Origin: Eledone cirrhosa
Taxonomy: Eukaryota
DNA: 64,000 nt
Direction: 5' to 3'
NCBI GenBank assembly: GCA_964016885.1
Contig: OZ024743.1
Location: 332,196,001-332,260,000 of the forward strand
Part shown: one piece after another, positions 49,897-64,000 of the stretch
Position numbering within the stretch: the first letter of the stretch is position 1
Layout: each line of letters begins with the position of its first letter
Position numbers and translations under genes: made by a program
Notes under the pieces: model-generated
Told to the model about the DNA's origin: nothing
What the model saw: only the letters and a program-made list of their open reading frames with translations
The model's database searches: none

Positions 49897-50928
49897 ATTG
49901 GCAGTATCGGTAGAGGGTCGGACGCCATGCTTTGACGCAGAGTTACGGCCCTTTATGGTCTGAGTTCAAATCCCGCCGAGGTTAACTTTGCCTTTCATCC
50001 TTACGGGGTCGATAAAATAAAGTACCAGTAATACACTAGGATAATTGCTGGCCTTGTGCCAAAAGTAGAAACAATTATTATTATCATTAGGGTGGTGGAT
50101 TGGCAGTATCAGTAGCGGGTCGGACGCCATGCTTTGCAACAGAGTTACGCCCCTTTACAGTCTGAGTTCAAGGGCCGATAAAATAAAGTACCAGTAATGT
50201 ACTGGGTAATTGCAGCCTTGTGCCAAAAGTAGAAACAATTATTATTATTATTAGGGCGGTGAATTGGCAGTATCGGTAGAGGGTTGGACGCCATGCTTTC
50301 CAGCGTAGTTACGTCCTTTTACAATCTGAGTTCAAATCCCGCGGAGGTTAACTTTGCCTTTCATCCTTACAGAGTCGATAAAATAAAGTACCAGTAATGC
50401 ACTGGTGTCGATTTAATCAACTTCCCCCTTCTCCCCAAATTGCTGGCCTTGTGCCTACATAAGAAACCATTATTATTATTATTATTATTATTACAATTAT
50501 TATTATATCAAGTCGGTGGATTGGCAGTATCGGTAGAGGGTCGGACGCCATGCTTTCCAGCATAGTTACATCCCTTTACGATCTGAGTTCAAATCCTGCC
50601 GAGGTTGACTTTGCCTTTCATCCTTACAGGGTCGATAAAATAAAGTACCAGTAATACACTGGGTAATTGCTGGCCTTGTGCCTAAAGTAGAAACAATTAT
50701 TACAATTATTATTACAATTATTATGAAGGGCGGTGGAATGACAGTATCGGTAGAGAGTCGGACACCATGCTTTGCAGCATAGAGTTACAGTCCTTTATCG
50801 TCTGAGTTCAAATCCCGCCAAGGTTAACTTTGCCTTTTATCCTTACGGGGTCGATAAAATAAAGTACCAGTAATGCACTGGATAATTGCTGGCCTTGTGC
50901 CAAAAGTAGAAACAATTATTATTATTAT
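49897..50928 (+). mobile_element. Head-to-tail stack of five SINE family 1 copies
   Basis: Heads at ~49897, 50089, 50253, 50512 and 50728, separated by (ATT)n tails. Confidence 0.88.
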
Positions 50929-51571
50929 CAATATTTTAAGTCTAATTAAACGCTTTATGTCATTAATTAATATCTCTTTATATTCTAGTTTCATATCTTA
51001 CCACAGTCTGCTGGTTTGTCACCCTTCACTGAGGGGGGGGGGGGGTCAATAAAATATGTACTAATCATTGTTTTCACCCAGTCAACCATGACCAGGTCCC
51101 TACAACATGTGATTTTCTACAAATACAAACAATTCAGCATTTTCAAACAAAAGTATATTAACCCATTGTTACCAACCCATCCAAAACCAGCTCTGGTTCC
51201 CAATTTAAATAATCTTCTTTGCCCACTTATTCCCGAGAAGTTCATAGGGGGTAGTGTCCTCAAACACTCCTTCCAGTTGGTCCTATCAGATGCAACTGCC
51301 TCCAATTGATCAGGCTGGATCCCCAAGTGAGACCAGCCAAGCTCATGGATGTTATCCAACTATCTTGCTTGGAGTCTATCCTCGAGTCTCCTGCTGGTTG
51401 GTTTTGCACTTAAAATCTGTCCAGCGATTCTTTCCTGTGACATTCTAACTACATGCCCATAGTATCGGAGCTGTGATTTCTCAATTCAGAAAAGTAACGG
51501 CACTACCTAGAGTGACTCTTTGATCTATTAGATAAAAATCTTCCTATATAATTTTATATAAGAACCTTACA

Positions 51572-51803
51572 TTAAACCTTTAGCATTCACATTACTCTAA
51601 ATTTAATATTATATTTTCATTGTAAAGACTTTTTTAAAGACTCATATAATTATCTCACATAATATCGAATTTATGAGATTTTGATATTTATTTTGAGAAC
51701 AATAAGTTAACGTCAGTATGAGTGGCCAGTTACAGCCAGTTTGAACAGACAGAAGTGAAAGAATTTTGGCCTGATATGGCTGATTTAAATGCTAAAGGGT
51801 TAA
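51572..51803. mobile_element. piggyBac-like MITE (TTAA + CCTTTAGCATT TIR)
   Basis: TTAA-ACCTTTAGCATT ... AATGCTAAAGGG-TTAA. Confidence 0.7.
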
Positions 51804-53300
51804 GTTACTATCTTAGTAATGAAATTAATAATTTTAGTAAATCTCTCCAAATTCTTCATTGATTAGTTAAAATAAAGTATATTTCATTAGAAATGAAGTC
51901 ATGAATGGGTTAAATTGCATTTTTAACTAAACAGAATTAATATATTCCATCTTTATTTTATTGCTTAAATCCATTTTTCTTTTTTTGTATGAAATGTTTC
52001 TAATGTTAAAGTACATCCTCATTATAAAAGTATATCTATAAGGTAAACACAAACACTACCAGCCCTTCCTCACACCAATACCACACTCTACATTTTACAC
52101 CATCTCTTTAAAGTATTGAGAGAGCAGTATCTCATACTTGGAGCCTAGTAGTTACAATGTTAGACTCACAATCAAAAGGTCATGAGTTCAATTCCTGAAC
52201 AAGAAAGACACAGCTAATAATGATGGAGAAGGAAATGAAAACCAAGATGTTGGTGAAGGGGGTGTAGATGACAGGGAAAATAGAGAAATTTGTTATGGGG
52301 CCTGCAGTAGGCTTCAAAACAGTTTCTGTCAACCTAATTTAACTTGGATCAACCCAAGGTTTGGGTCTACCCAAGGCTACACTCATTACCGTGTGGAATA
52401 TACACAACAATGATAATAGAAGAGACTAAAGGTTGGTTTCATGGTTCACATCAGTTTTAGAAGGTGGCCTTAATGAAAGAAGGTCAAGCAGCCATGTAGC
52501 TGCTTGACCTGCTGGAAATAACAGCACAATCTAACTCAAATTTTAAAAAAAATAAAAGGAAGAACACAATAGTCTGTAAAACATGTTGGGATGGTCAACT
52601 TGAATGTTTTTGATGGCAGGGCTTGCTCAATCAGAAATGACCTAGAGTTAACCAACAACACCAACTTCCTGTGTGTGTGTATGTGCATGCATATATGTGG
52701 ATTTGCAAATAAAAAACCCATCTCATTTGCGTTACCCATAAATATGCATATAACACACACAAATGACACATGTTTCCTTTATAGTCCAGGTGGCATGGTG
52801 ATTTCAATTATATACACCCATCCAACCCATGCAAGTGTGGAAAAACCAACGTGATGATGATGATGATGATGACACTGTTACATGTTGAAGCAAGTTAATA
52901 AGAAAGATAACTGATTATCATTCTTATTGTTAACTATTGAGACAAAGTTTATAACTTAACAGGGACAGGTATATTAAGAATGTATGTTTAGAAAACAGCA
53001 AGAGGATTTGTAAATTGACTTAGATCTCTCCATAACTTTGACTAAATAAAATAGTCTAATAATAATGGGGCATACTTTTAGGTCCCAAATAATAGGGGAG
53101 AGGGTTGGAATAAGTGAGGTTGGAATAAGTGGTGGAATATGAATTGGTAATTTTTCTAGGTTGTCTACCTTGATTTTTTTTTAAAACCAGAATTAGTCGT
53201 TTAGTTTACATATTGAGACCCCAACCTCTCCTATTTATTTTATAATGTATGGGATTTCTAGTAATGTACTTTTGTCGTCATGTATAATATCTTTTAATGT

Positions 53301-53529
53301 TTAACCTTTTAGCATTTAAACCAGCCATATCCAGCCAGAATTCTCTCACCTCCTTCTGTTCTAACCGGTTGTAACAAGCCACTCATACCTATGTTAAGGT
53401 ATTATTCTCAAAATAAATAATGTTAAAATCTCGCAGATTCGATAACATGTGAGATAATTATGTGAGATAAAGCCATTTCTGCAAAAATACAATAGTAAAT
53501 ATAGAGTAATATAAATGCTAAAGGGTTAA
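53301..53529. mobile_element. piggyBac-like MITE, same family as 51572-51803, opposite orientation
   Basis: TTAA-CCTTTTAGCATTTA ... TAAATGCTAAAGGG-TTAA; internal sequence is inversely homologous to 51572-51803. Confidence 0.72.
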
Positions 53530-54055
53530 AGAAAATTGTTGCAGGAATGCTACCACTTGAAATATAATTCAATAAGGAGAGAGGGGGGGGGGGGGGGGTG
53601 AAAAATTAATAAGCAGTGGGGTATAATTATTCAAGACCTGAGAGTACACTCCCACAATGTCAGACACTTCACGATCATCACCATGATCCACCTTCCCCTC
53701 CTTGTAATGTCTACACCTCAGCCACAACCCCACCAATGCCCCCTGAGATAGTGCTGGTTCCATGACAAAAGCACCTGGATTAAAAGTTTAAGCAAACAAT
53801 ATCTGCTTTCATCCTAAAGCAGAAAAGCAGATCTTTTTACAACCACCTTAAATCTGGAATACAACCCCACACATGACAGGCCTCGTAACATTGAGTGCTT
53901 CGTCCTATCTGTCACTATAGTTACACACCTAACAGAGGGGGAGGGTGTATAGAGAGTGAGAGGGGGGGGGGGGGGAGAAAGAGAGAGTCCCAAAGAAATG
54001 TATACACATTTTGATTAGAATGCTGTTGAAGTATGTATACATTTTGGGGTGACAC

Positions 54056-54141
<86 letters not shown>

Positions 54142-54479
54142 TAGGAAAAAGAGGTCGCTCCTACCCATTTGGTCTCGAATACAACCCATGTTAGTTGTAA
54201 AATGATGATGATATATATATAGTAGACAGACAGCTAGATATAGTTAGGTGTGTGTGGGAGGAGACACAGAAGACAACTTATAATTTGTTAAATTAACCAC
54301 TTAATGTCTTTCAATTGTCACATTAGTGTGTTGACATGAGGACACTCCTATAGTTTAAATAACAGAAGGGAATTGGATGAAGGTCGTTTGTGTATGTATA
54401 TGTGTAGAGAGAGAGATGTGTATATATATTACTAGAGGTGAGGGGAGAGAGGGAGACAGATCATGGGGGAAAGAGGGGT

Positions 54480-55285
54480 AAACTGGGCACACTTTAGTGT
54501 AATATGTATATATTGTTACAAGGGGAGAGATAGGGTGAAGTTATACTGGGCACACTTTAGTTAATATATATTGTTACAGATGTGGGGGATAGAGTGAAGA
54601 GTGAGGTTATACTGGACACACTTTCGTTAATATGTATATATTGTTAGAAGGGGAGAGATAGGGTGAAGGGAGTATTATACTGGGCACACTTTAGTGTAAT
54701 ATCCTGTATATATTGTTACAAGTGGAGAGATAGGGTGAAGGAGGGTGTTATACTGGGCACACTTTAGTGTAATATCCTCTATACATTGTTACAAGGGGAG
54801 AGATATGCTGAAGGAGGGTATATACTGGGCAGAATTTAGTGTAATATCCTGTATATATTGTTACAAGGGGAGAGATAGGCTGAAGGGGGTATTATACTGG
54901 GCACACTTTTGTGTAATATCCTGTATATATTGTACAAGGGGAGAGTTAGGGTGAAGGAGGGTATTATACTGGGCACACTTTTGTGTAATATCCTGTATAT
55001 ATTGTAGAAGGGGAGAGTTAGGGTGAATGAGGGTATTATACTGGGCACACTTTTGTGTAATATCCTGTGTACATTGTTACAAGGGGAGAGTTAGGGTGAA
55101 GGGGGTATTATACTGGGCACACTTTAGTGTAATATCCTGTATATATTGTTACAAGGGGAGAGATAGGGTGAAGGGGAGGGCTATGATGGGCACACTTTAG
55201 TGTAATATCGTGTATATATTTTTAGAGGTGGGGCATACTGTTACAAGGGGGGAGGGTTATGCTGGGCACACTTTAGTCTAATATC
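54480..55285 (+). repeat. ~72-bp minisatellite, ~11 copies
   Basis: TACTGGGCAC(A/G) at 54678, 54751, 54823, 54895, 54967 and onward. Confidence 0.9.
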
Positions 55286-55566
55286 ATCATCATCGTTTTA
55301 CATTCTTTTCCACACACTAGCATGGGTTGGACAGGTCCTTCTCAGCATATCATCTCTCCACACATCGCAATCCTTCATTATCTCCCTTGTGAGTCTTAGT
55401 GATTTGAGGTCAGCACTCACAACCTGTACTCATGTCTTTCTTGGTCTATCTCTACTACAGCTTCCTTCCTTGTATATATTATTTATATTGTTACAAGAGG
55501 AGAGAAGGGGAGAGTATACTGGACACACTGATCCTCATCCAACCCATGCTAGCATAAAAAAATGAA

Positions 55567-58500
55567 TGTCCTTGGGTATAAATATGAAATAATTTATAAG
55601 GGTACACGACATTGCTGTTCTTGGGTATAAATATCAAATGATTTATAAGGGTACACAACATTGCTGTTCTTGGGTATAAATATGAAATAATTTATAAGGG
55701 TATATGACATTGCTGTTCTTGGGTATAAATATGAAATAATTTATAAGGGTATACGACATTGCTGTCCTTGGGTATAAATATGAAATAATTTATAAGGGTA
55801 TATGACATTGCTGTTCTTGGGTATAAATATGAAATAATTTATAAGGGTATACGACATTGCTGTTCTTGGGTATAAATATGAAATAATTTATAAGGGTACA
55901 CAACATTGCTGTCCTTGGGTATAAATATGAAATGATTTATAAGGGTACACAACATTGCTGTCCTTGGTAATAAATATGAAATGATTTATAAGGGTATATG
56001 ACATTGCTGTCCTTGGGTATAAATATGTAATAATTTATAAGGGTATATGACATTGCTGTACTTGGGTATAAATATGATATGATTTATAAGGGTACACAAC
56101 ATTGCTGTCCTTGGGTATAAATATGAAATAATTTATGAGGGTACACAACATTGCTGTCCTTGGGTATAAATATGAAATAATTTATAAGGGTACACAACAT
56201 TGCTGTCCTTGGTAATAAATGTGAAATAATTTATAAGGGTATATGACATTGCTGTCCTTGGGTATAAATATGAAATAATTTATAAGGGTACACAACATTG
56301 CTCTCCTTGGGTATAAATATGAAATAATTTATAAGGGTATATGACATTGCTGTCCTTGGATATAAATATGAAATAATTTATAAGGGTACACAACATTGCT
56401 GTCCTTGGGTATAAATATGAAATGATTTATAAGGGTACACAACATTGATGTCCTTGGGTATAAATATGAAATAATTTATAAGGGTACACAATATTGCTGT
56501 CTTTGGGTATAAATATGAAATGATTTATAAGGGTACACAACATTGCTGTCCTTGGGTATAAATATGAAATGATTTATAAGGGTACACAACATTGCTGTTC
56601 TTGGGTATAAATATGAAATGATTTATAAGGGTACACAACATTGCTGTCCTTGGGTATAAATATGAAATAATTTATAAGGGTACACAACATTGCTCTCCTT
56701 GGGTATAAATATGAAATGATTTATAAGGGTACACGACATTGCTGTCCTTGGGTATAAATATGAAATAATTTATAAGGGTATATGACATTGCTGTACTTGG
56801 GTATAAATATGAAATAATTTATAAGGGTATATGACATTGCTGTCCTTGGGTATAAATATGAAATAATTTATAAGGGTACACAACATTGCTCTCCTTGGGT
56901 ATAAATATGAAATAATTTATAAGGGTATATGACATTGCTGTCCTTGGGTATAAATATGAAATGATTTATAAGGGTACACAACATTGCTGTCCTTGGGTAT
57001 AAATATGAAATAATTTATAAGGGTACAACACAACATTGCTCTCCTTGGGTATAAATATGAAATAATTTATAAGGGTATATGACATTGCTGTCCTTGGATA
57101 TAAATATGAAATAATTTATAAGGGTACACAACATTGCTGTTCTTGGGTATAAATATGAAATGATTTATAAGGGTACACAACATTGCTGTCCTTGGGTATA
57201 AATATGAAATAATTTATAAGGGTATATGACATTGCTGTACTTGGGTATAAATATGAAATAATTTATAAGGGTATATGACATTGCTGTCCTTGGGTATAAA
57301 TATGAAATAATTTATAAGGGTACACAACATTGCTCTCCTTGGGTATAAATATGAAATAATTTATAAGGGTACACAACATTGCTCTCCTTGGGTATAAATA
57401 TGAAATGATTTATAAGGGTACACAACATTGCTGTCCTTGGGTATAAATATGAAATGATTTATAAGGGTACAAAACATTGCTGTTCTTGGGTATAAATATG
57501 AAATGATTTATAAGGGTACACAACATTGCTGTCCTTGGGTATAAATATGAAATAATTTATAAGGGTACAACACAACATTGCTCTCCTTGGGTATAAATAT
57601 GAAATAATTTATAAGGGTATATGACATTGCTGTCCTTGGGTATAAATATGAAATAATTTATAAGGGTACACAACATTGCTCTCCTTGGGTATAAATATGA
57701 AATAATTTATAAGGGTATATGACATTGCTGTCCTTGGATATAAATATGAAATAATTTATAAGGGTACACAACATTGCTGTTCTTGGGTATAAATATGAAA
57801 TGATTTATAAGGGTACACAACATTGCTGTCCTTGGGTATAAATATGAAATAATTTATAAGGGTACACGACATTGCTGTTCTTGGGTATAAATATGAAATA
57901 ATTTATAAGGGTATACGACATTGCTGTTCTTGGGTATAAATATCAAATTATTTATAAGGGTACACAACATTGCTGTTCTTGGGTATAAATATGAAATAAT
58001 TTATAAGGGTACACAACATTGCTGTTCTTGGGTATAAATATGAAATAATTTATAAGGGTACACAACATTGCTGTTCTTGGGTATAAATATGAAATAATTT
58101 ATAAGGGTATATGACATTGCTGTTCTTGGGTATAAATATGAAATAATTTATAAGGGTATACGACATTGCTGTCCTTGGGTATAAATATGAAATGATTTAT
58201 AAGGGTACACAACATTGCTGTCCTTGGGTATAAATATGAAATGATTTATAAGGGTACACAACATTGCTGTCCTTGGGTATAAATATGAAATAATTTATGA
58301 GGGTACACAACATTGCTGTCCTTGGGTATAAATATGAAATAATTTATAAGGGTACACAACATTGCTGTCCTTGGTAATAAATATGAAATGATTTATAAGG
58401 GTATATGACATTGCTGTCCTTGGGTATAAATATGTAATAATTTATAAGGGTATATGACATTGCTGTACTTGGGTATAAATATGATATGATTTATAAGGGT

Positions 58501-61500
58501 ACACAACATTGCTGTCCTTGGGTATAAATATGAAATGATTTATAAGGGTACACAACATTGCTGTCCTTGGGTATAAATATGAAATGATTTATAAGGGTAC
58601 ACAACATTGCTGTCCTTGGGTATAAATATGAAATGATTTATAAGGGTACACAACATTGCTGTCCTTGGTAATAAATATGAAATAATTTATAAGGGTACAC
58701 AACATTGATGTCCTTGGGTATAAATATGAAATGATTTATAAGGGTACACAACATTGCTGTCCTTGGGTATAAATATGAAATAATTTATGAGGGTACACAA
58801 CATTGCTGTCCTTGGGTATAAATATGAAATAATTTATAAGGGTACACAACATTGCTGTCCTTGGGTATAAATATGAAATAATTTATAAGGGTATATGACA
58901 TTGCTATCCTTGGATATAAACATGAAATAATTTATAAGGGTACAACACAACATTGCTCTCCTTGGGTATAAATATGAAATAATTTATAAGGGTATATGAC
59001 ATTGCTGTCCTTGGGTATAAATATGAAATAATTTATAAGGGTACACGACATTGCTGTTCTTGGGTATAAATATCAAATGATTTATAAGGGTACACAACAT
59101 TGCTGTTCTTGGGTATAAATATGAAATAATTTATAAGGGTACACAACATTGCTGTTCTTGGGTATAAATATGAAATAATTTATAAGGGTACACAACATTG
59201 CTGTTCTTGGGTATAAATATGAAATAATTTATAAGGGTATATGACATTGCTGTTCTTGGGTATAAATATGAAATAATTTATAAGGGTATATAACATTGCT
59301 GTTCTTGGGTATAAATATGAAATAATTTATAAGGGTACACAACATTGCTGTCCTTGGGTATAAATATGAAATGATTTATAAGGGTACACAACATTGCTGT
59401 CCTTGGTAATAAATATGAAATGATTTATAAGGGTATATGACATTGCTGTCCTTGGGTATAAATATGTAATAATTTATAAGGGTATATGACATTGCTGTAC
59501 TTGGGTATAAATATGATATGATTTATAAGGGTACACAACATTGCTGTCCTTGGGTATAAATATGAAATAATTTATGAGGGTACACAACATTGCTGTCCTT
59601 GGGTATAAATATGAAATAATTTATAAGGGTACACAACATTGCTGTCCTTGGTAATAAATATGAAATAATTTATAAGGGTATATGACATTGCTGTCCTTGG
59701 GTATAAATATGAAATAATTTATAAGGGTACACAACATTGCTCTCCTTGGGTATAAATATGAAATAATTTATAAGGGTATATGACATTGCTGTCCTTGGAT
59801 ATAAATATGAAATAATTTATAAGGGTACACAACATTGCTGTTCTTGGGTATAAATATGAAATGATTTATAAGGGTACACAACATTGATGTCCTTGGGTAT
59901 AAATATGAAATAATTTATAAGGGTACACAACATTGATGTCCTTGGGTATAAATATGAAATAATTTATAAGGGTACACAATATTGCTGTCTTTGGGTATAA
60001 ATATGAAATGATTTATAAGGGTACACAACATTGCTGTCCTTGGGTATAAATATGAAATGATTTATAAGGGTACACAACATTGCTGTTCTTGGGTATAAAT
60101 ATGAAATGATTTATAAGGGTACACAACATTGCTGTCCTTGGGTATAAATATGAAATAATTTATAAGGGTACACAACATTGCTGTTCTTGGGTATAAATAT
60201 GAAATGATTTATAAGGGTACACGACATTGCTGTCCTTGGGTATAAATATGAAATAATTTATAAGGGTATATGACATTGCTGTACTTGGGTATAAATATGA
60301 AATAATTTATAAGGGTATATGACATTGCTGTCCTTGGGTATAAATATGAAATAATTTATAAGGGTACACAACATTGCTCTCCTTGGGTATAAATATGAAA
60401 TAATTTATAAGGGTACACAACATTGCTGTCCTTGGGTATAAATATGAAATGATTTATAAGGGTACACAACATTGCTGTCCTTGGGTATAAATATGAAATG
60501 ATTTATAAGGGTACACAACATTGCTGTTCTTGGGTATAAATATGAAATGATTTATAAGGGTACACAACATTGCTGTCCTTGGGTATAAATATGAAATAAT
60601 TTATAAGGGTACAACACAACATTGCTCTCCTTGGGTATAAATATGAAATAATTTATAAGGGTATATGACATTGCTGTCCTTGGGTATAAATATGAAATAA
60701 TTTATAAGGGTACACAACATTGCTCTCCTTGGGTATAAATATGAAATAATTTATAAGGGTATATGACATTGCTGTCCTTGGATATAAATATGAAATAATT
60801 TATAAGGGTACACAACATTGCTGTTCTTGGGGATAAATATGAAATGATTTATAAGGGTACACAACATTGCTGTCCTTGGGTATAAATATGAAATAATTTA
60901 TAAGGGTATATGACATTGCTGTACTTGGGTATAAATATGAAATAATTTATAAGGGTATATGACATTGCTGTCCTTGGGTATAAATATGAAATAATTTATA
61001 AGGGTACACAACATTGCTCTCCTTGGGTATAAATATGAAATAATTTATAAGGGTACACAACATTGCTCTCCTTGGGTATAAATATGAAATGATTTATAAG
61101 GGTACACAACATTGCTGTCCTTGGGTATAAATATGAAATGATTTATAAGGGTACAAAACATTGCTGTTCTTGGGTATAAATATGAAATGATTTATAAGGG
61201 TACACAACATTGCTGTCCTTGGGTATAAATATGAAATAATTTATAAGGGTACAACACAACATTGCTGTCCTTGGGTATAAATATGAAATAATTTATAAGG
61301 GTACACAACATTGCTGTCCTTGGTAATAAATATGAAATAATTTATAAGGGTATATGACATTGCTGTCCTTGGGTATAAATATGAAATAATTTATAAGGGT
61401 ACACAACATTGCTCTCCTTGGGTATAAATATGAAATAATTTATAAGGGTATATGACATTGCTGTCCTTGGATATAAATATGAAATAATTTATAAGGGTAC

Positions 61501-64000
61501 ACAACATTGCTGTTCTTGGGTATAAATCTGAAATGATTTATAAGGGTACACAACATTGATGTCCTTGGGTATAAATATGAAATAATTTATAAGGGTACAC
61601 AACATTGATGTCCTTGGGTATAAATATGAAATAATTTATAAGGGTACACAATATTGCTGTCTTTGGGTATAAATATGAAATGATTTATAAGGGTACACAA
61701 CATTGCTGTCCTTGGGTATAAATATGAAATGATTTATAAGGGTACACAACATTGCTGTTCTTGGGTATAAATATGAAATGATTTATAAGGGTACACGACA
61801 TTGCTGTCCTTGGGTATAAATATGAAATAATTTATAAGGGTATATGACATTGCTGTACTTGGGTATAAATATGAAATAATTTATAAGGGTATATGACATT
61901 GCCGTCCTTGGGTATAAATATGAAATAATTTATAAGGGTACACAACATTGCTCTCCTTGGGTATAAATATGAAATAATTTATAAGGGTACACAACATTGC
62001 TGTCCTTGGGTATAAATATGAAATGATTTATAAGGGTACACAACATTGCTGTCCTTGGGTATAAATATGAAATGATTTATAAGGGTACACAACATTGCTG
62101 TTCTTGGGTATAAATATGAAATGATTTATAAGGGTACACAACATTGCTGTCCTTGGGTATAAATATGAAATAATTTATAAGGGTACAACACAACATTGCT
62201 CTCCTTGGGTATAAATATGAAATAATTTATAAGGGTATATGACATTGCTGTCCTTGGGTATAAATATGAAATAATTTATAAGGGTACACAACATTGCTCT
62301 CCTTGGGTATAAATATGAAATAATTTATAAGGGTATATGACATTGCTGTCCTTGGATATAAATATGAAATAATTTATAAGGGTACACAACATTGCTGTTC
62401 TTGGGTATAAATATGAAATGATTTATAAGGGTACACAACATTGCTGTCCTTGGGTATAAATATGAAATAATTTATAAGGGTATATGACATTGCTGTACTT
62501 GGGTATAAATATGAAATAATTTATAAGGGTATATGACATTGCTGTCCTTGGGTATAAATATGAAATAATTTATAAGGGTACACAACATTGCTCTCCTTGG
62601 GTATAAATATGAAGTAATTTATAAGGGTACACAACATTGCTCTCCTTGGGTATAAATATGAAATGATTTATAAGGGTACACAACATTGCTGTCCTTGGGT
62701 ATAAATATGAAATGATTTATAAGGGTACAAAACATTGCTGTTCTTGGGTATAAATATGAAATGATTTATAAGGGTACACAACATTGCTGTCCTTGGGTAT
62801 AAATATGAAATAATTTATAAGGGTACAACACAACATTGCTCTCCTTGGGTATAAATATGAAATAATTTATAAGGGTATATGACATTGCTGTCCTTGGGTA
62901 TAAATATGAAATAATTTATAAGGGTACACAACATTGCTCTCCTTGGGTATAAATATGAAATAATTTATAAGGGTATATGACATTGCTGTCCTTGGATATA
63001 AATATGAAATAATTTATAAGGGTACACAACATTGCTGTTCTTGGGTATAAATATGAAATGATTTATAAGGGTACACAACATTGCTGTCCTTGGGTATAAA
63101 TATGAAATAATTTATAAGGGTACACGACATTGCTGTTCTTGGGTATAAATATGAAATAATTTATAAGGGTATACGACATTGCTGTTCTTGGGTATAAATA
63201 TCAAATGATTTATAAGGGTACACAACATTGCTGTTCTTGGGTATAAATATGAAATAATTTATAAGGGTACACAACATTGCTGTTCTTGGGTATAAATATG
63301 AAATAATTTATAAGGGTACACAACATTGCTGTTCTTGGGTATAAATATGAAATAATTTATAAGGGTATATGACATTGTTGTTCTTGGGTATAAATATGAA
63401 ATAATTTATAAGGGTATACGACATTGCTGTCCTTGGGTATAAATATGAAATGATTTATAAGGGTACACAACATTGCTGTCCTTGGGTATAAATATGAAAT
63501 GATTTATAAGGGTACACAACATTGCTGTCCTTGGGTATAAATATGAAATAATTTATAAGGGTACACAACATTGCTGTTCTTGGGTATAAATATGAAATGA
63601 TTTATAAGGGTACACAACATTGCTGTCCTTGGGTATAAATATGAAATAATTCATAAGGGTACAACACAACATTGCTCTCCTTGGGTATAAATATGAAATA
63701 ATTTATAAGGGTATATGACATTGCTGTCCTTGGGTATAAATATGAAATAATTTATAAGGGTACACAACATTGCTCTCCTTGGGTATAAATATGAAATGAT
63801 TTATAAGGGTACACAACATTGCTGTCCTTGGGTATAAATATGAAATGATTTATAAGGGTACAAAACATTGCTGTTCTTGGGTATAAATATGAAATGATTT
63901 ATAAGGGTACACAACATTGCTGTCCTTGGGTATAAATATGAAATAATTTATAAGGGTACAACACAACATTGCTCTCCTTGGGTATAAATATGAAATAATT
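55567..64000 (+). repeat. 49-bp satellite, ~170 copies, continuing past the window end
   Basis: Unit CTTGGGTATAAATATGAAATAATTTATAAGGGTACACAACATTGCTGTC, with variant monomers. Confidence 0.98.

Noticed and set aside
53985-54060. Short imperfect inverted repeat (AAATGTATACA), possibly a mariner-like MITE remnant
   Set aside because: Single, degenerate copy with no clear TSD.
54480-55285. 72-bp unit translating as SVIS..YCYKGRD, resembling [15 protein letters not shown]
   Set aside because: The similarity is too short to support a LINE origin by eye.

Overview
Eukaryotic, AT-rich and almost entirely repeat-derived DNA. The repeat repertoire (RTE LINEs with (GAT)n tails, tRNA-head SINEs, long (TA)n arrays) suggests a cephalopod/octopus-like genome; this is an inference. 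No host gene can be called with confidence. Contents: several RTE-clade LINE copies of at least three families, two of which carry a C4HC3 PHD-type finger inside the RT domain; two adjacent Penelope-like elements (a 5'-truncated Naiad-like copy at 8.5-10.6 kb and a near-complete Hydra-clade-like copy at 10.6-16.8 kb with ~770-bp pseudo-LTRs); Tx1/L1-like LINE fragments; SINEs, including a five-copy tandem stack; TTAA MITEs; many minisatellites; and a >8.4-kb 49-bp satellite. Highlights: (1) hammerhead ribozyme motifs, including a U3-A8 core variant in both pLTRs; (2) two ~120-bp 'half-hammerhead' palindromes that fold back exactly at ribozyme stem II; (3) the PHD finger inside the LINE RT; (4) a probable ~16-kb inversion with an 800-bp inverted duplication and microhomology junctions; (5) several tandem arrays derived from TE termini.
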